From assembly GCA_037380845.1 (NCBI GenBank), contig JARRRI010000003.1:100551-111422 (forward strand): a DNA stretch of 10,872 nt, written 5' to 3'. The translations under genes and the position numbers were made by a program. The notes under the pieces were generated by a model. It saw only the letters and a list, made by a program, of their open reading frames with translations. It made no database searches and had not been told where the DNA came from. The stretch comes from Candidatus Sulfobium sp. GTDB taxonomy: Bacteria > Nitrospirota > Thermodesulfovibrionia > Thermodesulfovibrionales > UBA6898. Below, one piece after another: positions 6,266 through 10,872 of this stretch (the stretch's first letter is position 1; every line of letters begins with the position of its first letter).

Positions 6266-7384
6266 ATGGATTCACTGAAGCAGAAGATCATTAAGACAGT
6301 CAGGGAAAGAGGCCCGATGACATTCGAGCAGTTCATGGAGGCGGCCCTCTATGACGCGGAGTTCGGGTACTATATGTCGGGCGCGCCCAGAATCGGCCGG
6401 GAAGGCGATTTCTTCACCGGCTCTCACCTTCACCCGGCCTTCGGCGCCATGATAGGCAGACAAATAGAGGAGATGTGGACGCTGATGGGCAAGCCGGGGA
6501 GGTTTACGGTCGTGGAACCCGGCCCCGGTGAAGGCAGGATCTGCAAAGACATGCTGAACAGTCTCAAAGACCGGAAATTCTTCAATGCACTGAGCTGTTT
6601 TCTGGTAGAGCGAACCCCATCCATGAAGGAAAGGCAGGAGGCCATGCTGGCCGGCTTCCGAGAAAAGGTGACGTGGTATTCTTCCCTTGAGGATGTCGGG
6701 ACAGTAACAGGCTGTGTCTTCTCAAACGAACTCATCGATGCATTTCCCGTACACCTTGTCGTCATGGAAGATTCGATGAAGGAGGTCTACATTGGATTGC
6801 AGGATGACGGCCTCAGGGAGCTGACCGGTCCTTTAAGCGTCCGGGAACTGGTGAAGTATTTCGCTGAAAGAGGTCTGGCACTGACAAAAGGTTACAGGAC
6901 CGAAGTAAATCTCAGGGCAAAGGAATGGCTTCATTCGGTAAGTGAAAGACTGAAGGAGGGGTTTGTCCTGACGATCGATTACGGCTATGCGGCCCGGGAT
7001 TATTTCAGCGGGGAGAGGGACAGGGGAACAATCATGTGCTACTACAAGCACCGGCTCAATGAGGACCCCCTTGAACACATAGGGGAGCAGGACATAACTG
7101 CACACGTGAATTTTTCGGACCTTCACCTATGGGGTAAAGAGACAGGCCTCAGCACTGCGGGCTTTACCAGCCAGGGCGCCTTCCTCATGTCGTTGGGCAT
7201 ACACGAGGAGATGGAAAAAATTGCTGCAGCCCGGAAGGATTATGTCTTTGAACTTGCCCGCATAAAGAGACTTATCATGCCCGGTGGAATGGGTGAATCC
7301 CACATGGTGATGGCTCAATACAAGGGTAAGGGGAACCCTGAACTGAAGGGCTTCTCCATAAGGAACAGCATCAGACACCTGTAG
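6266..7384 (+). CDS. SAM-dependent methyltransferase, MidA/NDUFAF7 family
   Basis: FMEAALY..GYY..IGREGDFFT, VEPGPGEG, SNELIDAFPVH, IDYG, GEQDITAHVNF. Start ATG 6266 (MDSLKQKI) preferred because 6191 overlaps the lgt start and the promoter. Confidence 0.92.
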   Translation: MDSLKQKIIKTVRERGPMTFEQFMEAALYDAEFGYYMSGAPRIGREGDFFTGSHLHPAFGAMIGRQIEEMWTLMGKPGRFTVVEPGPGEGRICKDMLNSLKDRKFFNALSCFLVERTPSMKERQEAMLAGFREKVTWYSSLEDVGTVTGCVFSNELIDAFPVHLVVMEDSMKEVYIGLQDDGLRELTGPLSVRELVKYFAERGLALTKGYRTEVNLRAKEWLHSVSERLKEGFVLTIDYGYAARDYFSGERDRGTIMCYYKHRLNEDPLEHIGEQDITAHVNFSDLHLWGKETGLSTAGFTSQGAFLMSLGIHEEMEKIAAARKDYVFELARIKRLIMPGGMGESHMVMAQYKGKGNPELKGFSIRNSIRHL

Positions 7385-7453
7385 CCCTCCCGACGTTGCA
7401 GGACATCCTGTCCCGGAGTATTCATAAGGCGGGGGCAGAGACCCTGCGGAGTT

Positions 7454-8221
7454 TTATTGTAATTCCAGGGTGAGCTCCCTGAGTGATTCCATGCTTCGCA
7501 GGACGTTTTCGGGGGTATGGGACTCGATCGTGTAAACGCATTTCAGGTTCCGGAGGAGTCCGAAGAATTCCCTGAAATCAAAAGTACCGTCACCGATGGG
7601 CAGGTGCTGGTCCGAAGTGCCGTCGTTGTCGTGAAGGTGGAGTTCGAATATGTAGGGGTTCAGGGATTCCATCCATTCTGCGAGCGGGAGTTTCGAAAAA
7701 AGATTGAAGTGCCCCGTATCAAAACATATACCGAAGTTGTCGGACTTCATATTCTCCATCAGAAGTTTCAGATTCGAGGGCTCGTCCTCGAAAATGTTTT
7801 CTATCGCCACCTTCAATCCCATCCCGGCGGCCCTTTCACTCACCTCTCGCCAGGTCAAAAGGCTCTTCTCCAGCCACAGGTCAACATTCAGTGCGTACTT
7901 CCACTTCTCATAGCCCGAATGGAAGACAACCGTTTTCGGCCGCAGCACCTCCGCCACATCGAGGATCTGACGGAACCTCTCCATGGTCGCCGTGCGCACC
8001 ATGGAGTCTACCGCACCGGGGGACAAGTCCATAAAGGGGGCATGAATAGAAAGTTCGGGGTTATAGTCGAGTCTTTTTTTCAGGTCGGTGATTTCAGGCA
8101 GTGGTACCGAATCAAGGATAGCTGCCCCGAAGTATATCTCCAGGTTAAGTGCGTAATGTCTTATGACGTCGATATGCTCGGGTATCCTCTGGAAGGGGAT
8201 ATGCGCGTGAGGCGAAGACAC
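7454..8221 (-). CDS. Sugar phosphate isomerase/epimerase, xylose isomerase-like (AP endonuclease 2) TIM barrel
   Basis: SIHAPFMDL, VVFHSG, AIENIF, CFDTGH, LHLHDN..DQHLPIGDG, TIE. GTG start overlaps the upstream TAG stop (TAGTG). Confidence 0.9.
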   Translation of the reverse strand: MSSPHAHIPFQRIPEHIDVIRHYALNLEIYFGAAILDSVPLPEITDLKKRLDYNPELSIHAPFMDLSPGAVDSMVRTATMERFRQILDVAEVLRPKTVVFHSGYEKWKYALNVDLWLEKSLLTWREVSERAAGMGLKVAIENIFEDEPSNLKLLMENMKSDNFGICFDTGHFNLFSKLPLAEWMESLNPYIFELHLHDNDGTSDQHLPIGDGTFDFREFFGLLRNLKCVYTIESHTPENVLRSMESLRELTLELQ

Positions 8222-8532
8222 TACTTTGTGACCGGCGCTTCCTCAGATGCGGTCTTCTTTTCGGCCTTTGCCGCTTCTTTTTTCTCTGAGGCAGCAGGCT
8301 TGTCGGATTTGACGCCTTCTCCCTTCTTCCCCTGGTCCGTACCTTTCTTTCTGTCCGACGCGTAATCCGTAACGTACCAGCCCGTCCCCTTAAGGACGAA
8401 AGACGTATTGGAGATCTGTTTTTTCATTTTCCCGCCGCAGTCCGGGCACACCGTGAGGGGGGCGTCCGTAATCTTCTGCATTACCTCGTGATGCTTTCCG
8501 CATCCCTCGCACTGATATTCGTAGATAGGCAT
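8221..8532 (-). CDS. FmdB family zinc-ribbon protein
   Basis: [31 protein letters not shown], followed by a K/A/E-rich tail. SD GGAGGT. Confidence 0.93.
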   Translation of the reverse strand: MPIYEYQCEGCGKHHEVMQKITDAPLTVCPDCGGKMKKQISNTSFVLKGTGWYVTDYASDRKKGTDQGKKGEGVKSDKPAASEKKEAAKAEKKTASEEAPVTK

Positions 8533-8567
8533 ATGATTAATACCTCCGTCGATAGACTTAACTAATT

Positions 8568-8597
8568 AATATAACCCAGACACTGAAAACTCGTCAA
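8568..8597 (-). promoter_or_regulatory. Sigma70-type promoter for the FmdB / TIM-barrel pair
   Basis: Minus strand TTGACG (8597-8592), 18-nt spacer, TATATT (8573-8568). Confidence 0.5.
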
Positions 8598-8736
8598 TTT
8601 CGGCGGATAACCTTTCCCCGGAAACAGCGGCGTGCCGCATTATGCATGCCGCCCCTGCCGGGCAAAGAGAGAAAGCCGGGAAAGACTCAGAAATATCCGA
8701 AACTTCCAGGGGCGGGCGCAGAACATGAATAGTGAC

Positions 8737-8742
8737 TATAAT
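8737..8742 (+). promoter_or_regulatory. -10 box 6 nt upstream of the coaE ATG (leaderless configuration)
   Basis: Perfect TATAAT at 8737-8742, ATG at 8749, no SD. Confidence 0.55.
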
Positions 8743-8748
8743 AGATAC

Positions 8749-9351
8749 ATGTTCATCACAGGACTGACCGGAAACTACGGGATGGGCAAGAGTTTCGTTC
8801 TCTCGCTGTTCAGGGACCTCGGCGCCATTACAATCGATAGTGACCGGATCGTCGACGGGCTCCTGAGAGAGGGAAAAGTCGTAAGCGATATGAAAAAACT
8901 GCTGGGCGAGGATGTACTGGACAGGGAAGGCAGACTGGACAAGAAGGCGGTCGCGCAGAGAATATTCAGTGATCCGGCTTCAAGAAGAAGCGTTGAGGCA
9001 TTACTCCATCCTCTGGTACTTGAAAGGGTAGACCATCTCGTCCAGGGCGTGAAAGACGCAAACCGGTTTGTCGTGGTGGAAATCCCTCTCCTTTTCGAAG
9101 GCAATTACGGCGACCGGTTCCGGAAGACCATGACCGTCTTTACATCCGAGGAGACAGCCCTTGAGAGGCTGGAAGCAGAGGGGGTTCCCCGCCGGGAGGC
9201 CCTGCTCAGGCTGAATTCGCAGATGCCGATCGACCGCAAAAAGGAACTGGCGGATTACATAATCGACAATAACGGCAACATGGAGGAGACCCGGGAGCGG
9301 GTAAAGGAGTTATACAACTCTCTGATAAAGGATATGAAAAAACAGAATTAG
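8749..9351 (+). CDS. coaE: Dephospho-CoA kinase
   Basis: GLTGNYGMGKS P-loop, IDSD, LDKK..IF, LLHPLV, VEIPLLFE, RLNSQM, ADYIIDNNG. ATG 8749 matches the family N-terminus. Stop overlaps the convergent priA stop. Confidence 0.95.
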   Translation: MFITGLTGNYGMGKSFVLSLFRDLGAITIDSDRIVDGLLREGKVVSDMKKLLGEDVLDREGRLDKKAVAQRIFSDPASRRSVEALLHPLVLERVDHLVQGVKDANRFVVVEIPLLFEGNYGDRFRKTMTVFTSEETALERLEAEGVPRREALLRLNSQMPIDRKKELADYIIDNNGNMEETRERVKELYNSLIKDMKKQN

Positions 9352-10872
9352 ACCGGGTCTACATCGATCACAACCTTCGGCCCCCTGACGTTTCGGGTGA
9401 TGCCCGTTATCTTCTTTGCCGCCGCTCTGAGCAGTCTCTTGTCTCCCGATTTGAGAAGAAACGTGACCCGCTCCTCCCCTTTCCTGTCCTTGTCGATCAC
9501 CGGCCCGAGCACCTCCACATTTTTCCCTGCCCGCAGGACCAATTCTTCCGCCCGCGGGACGTCTACGCCGCCCGAAAATGTTATCTGGAGCAGCCTGGAA
9601 TAGGGGGGATAATGCATGTTCTTCCTTACGGCCAGTTCTTCCCGCACAAAGGAGAGATAATCGCCCTCCCTGAGATATCTGAAAACCGGGGTCCCGGGAA
9701 ACCGCGTCTGTATGACCATCTGTCCCCCCGGCCCGAGGAGTTCGCCTATCGATGCCAGTTCCATATAGGTCTTTTCTGAAGACCTGAAGTCCGGGATGTT
9801 CAGGGAAGCATCTATATTAAGAACCACGGCCAGACCGAATTTTTCAATCTCCAGCCTCTTCGTCATCATCCTCGTACCCACTACCACCTTTGTCGAATCT
9901 TTCGATATACTTCTCAGGATCTCGGCAACTTCCGAGCGCTTCTTCACTTCATCGCTGTCGAACCTGAGGGCCTCCGCGCCCAGAAGCACCTCTATTTCTT
10001 CCTGCACTTTCTGGGTGCCGTAACCGGCAAGTCTGAGTCGGTGGCCGCCGCATTTTTCGCACTTCCCGGGGATATCCCTGGAGACGCCGCAGTAATGGCA
10101 TTTAAGGACTTTTTCCTTCTTATGAAGGACGAGCGGGATATCGCATGAAGGGCAGCGCTCGGTGTGTCCGCAATCCTCGCACAGGAAAAGGGTGGAATGG
10201 CCCCGCCTGTTGATAACAAACATCACTCGCTTACCCAGGCTTAGCCTGCTCCTGGATATATCGAGAGCTGTTTTCGAGATGCCGGGGCTGGCCTTTTTTT
10301 CGAATTTCATGTCGACGGTCCTTATCTTCGGACGTTCCGCCCGCATCCGGGGCCTTATAAAAGAGTATTTCCCCGAGAGGGCATTAAAGTAAGAATCTAC
10401 CGAGGGCGATATGGACGTCAACATTACCTTGCATCTCTCCATATAGCCCCTCATAACAGCCGCATCCCTAATGTTAAATCTGATACCCTCCTCGCGTTTA
10501 TATGAACTGCCGTGTTCACGGAGGACCATGATGACGGATATATTGGGCATCGGGGCAAAAAGGGCCAGGCCCGTGCCGACTACCACATCGTGAGTTCCTG
10601 CCAGTATCCTCCTGATGTATTCCGATCGCCTGCCTCCGGTAATCCCCGCATGAAGGACGCACAGTCTGTCCCGAAATCTGTCCGCAAGAGCACCCGCCAG
10701 CGTGTTTGCACGGGAGATTTCCGGGAGTATGACGAGTATGTTCCTGAGGCCCGTCCCGAGAAGCGCCCGAACGAGCGAGTACTCGTAAGTCGAAGAGGGG
10801 GCATGGACAAGAAAAGTGTGGTACCGCTTTTCTGAAAGTGTCCCCGTTATATCCGATATATCTTCTTCGGGG
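9348..10872 (-). CDS. priA: Primosomal protein N' (PriA), 5'-truncated at the window edge, with degenerate helicase motifs
   Basis: Frame stays open upstream of 10586 to the edge (..LVILPEIS..VLHAG..VVVGT..FAP..EHGSSYK). Also NRRG, four CxxC pairs, GTQK, PDFRSSEK, IQT, YPPY, VLGP, IDVDP. Confidence 0.95.
   Translation of the reverse strand, partial: PEEDISDITGTLSEKRYHTFLVHAPSSTYEYSLVRALLGTGLRNILVILPEISRANTLAGALADRFRDRLCVLHAGITGGRRSEYIRRILAGTHDVVVGTGLALFAPMPNISVIMVLREHGSSYKREEGIRFNIRDAAVMRGYMERCKVMLTSISPSVDSYFNALSGKYSFIRPRMRAERPKIRTVDMKFEKKASPGISKTALDISRSRLSLGKRVMFVINRRGHSTLFLCEDCGHTERCPSCDIPLVLHKKEKVLKCHYCGVSRDIPGKCEKCGGHRLRLAGYGTQKVQEEIEVLLGAEALRFDSDEVKKRSEVAEILRSISKDSTKVVVGTRMMTKRLEIEKFGLAVVLNIDASLNIPDFRSSEKTYMELASIGELLGPGGQMVIQTRFPGTPVFRYLREGDYLSFVREELAVRKNMHYPPYSRLLQITFSGGVDVPRAEELVLRAGKNVEVLGPVIDKDRKGEERVTFLLKSGDKRLLRAAAKKITGITRNVRGPKVVIDVDPV

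Noticed and set aside
7517..8365. 282-aa plus-strand ORF
   Set aside because: Antisense shadow of the TIM-barrel and FmdB genes, with no recognisable motifs.
8632..8748. N-terminal extension of CoaE from the ORF track
   Set aside because: Not family-like and it spans the TATAAT box; ATG 8749 fits the CoaE N-terminus.
10580..10810. Apparent priA start at 10586, or a frameshift into the 76-aa minus-strand ORF
   Set aside because: Manual translation shows the priA frame is open and PriA-like to the window edge. The 76-aa ORF is an alternative-frame artefact.

Overview
Housekeeping-type bacterial chromosomal window. Gene style suggests an anaerobic or microaerophilic Nitrospirota- or Desulfobacterota-like organism; this is inference only. 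Gene order: 5'-truncated glycogen synthase (glgA), Tat-signal superoxide-reductase-like protein, GH57 glycoside hydrolase, 110-aa CxxxC hypothetical (-), 143-bp TIR-bounded element with a nested REP-like palindrome, YchJ/SEC-C protein, frameshifted family-4-like uracil-DNA glycosylase, 48-aa membrane peptide missed by the ORF track plus 60-aa RHH-like protein (-), lgt (-) divergent from a MidA/NDUFAF7 methyltransferase, TIM-barrel isomerase and FmdB zinc ribbon (-), coaE (+), and priA (-, open to the right edge). Most notable: PriA has lost essentially all ATPase/helicase motifs but keeps its 8-Cys zinc region; the small RHH + membrane-peptide module; the atypical, broken UDG; the nested MITE/REP element; and near-leaderless promoters, including a symmetric bidirectional one. 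No CRISPR, RNA gene, transposase or recognisable defence system was seen, and no new multi-gene system can be asserted with confidence.
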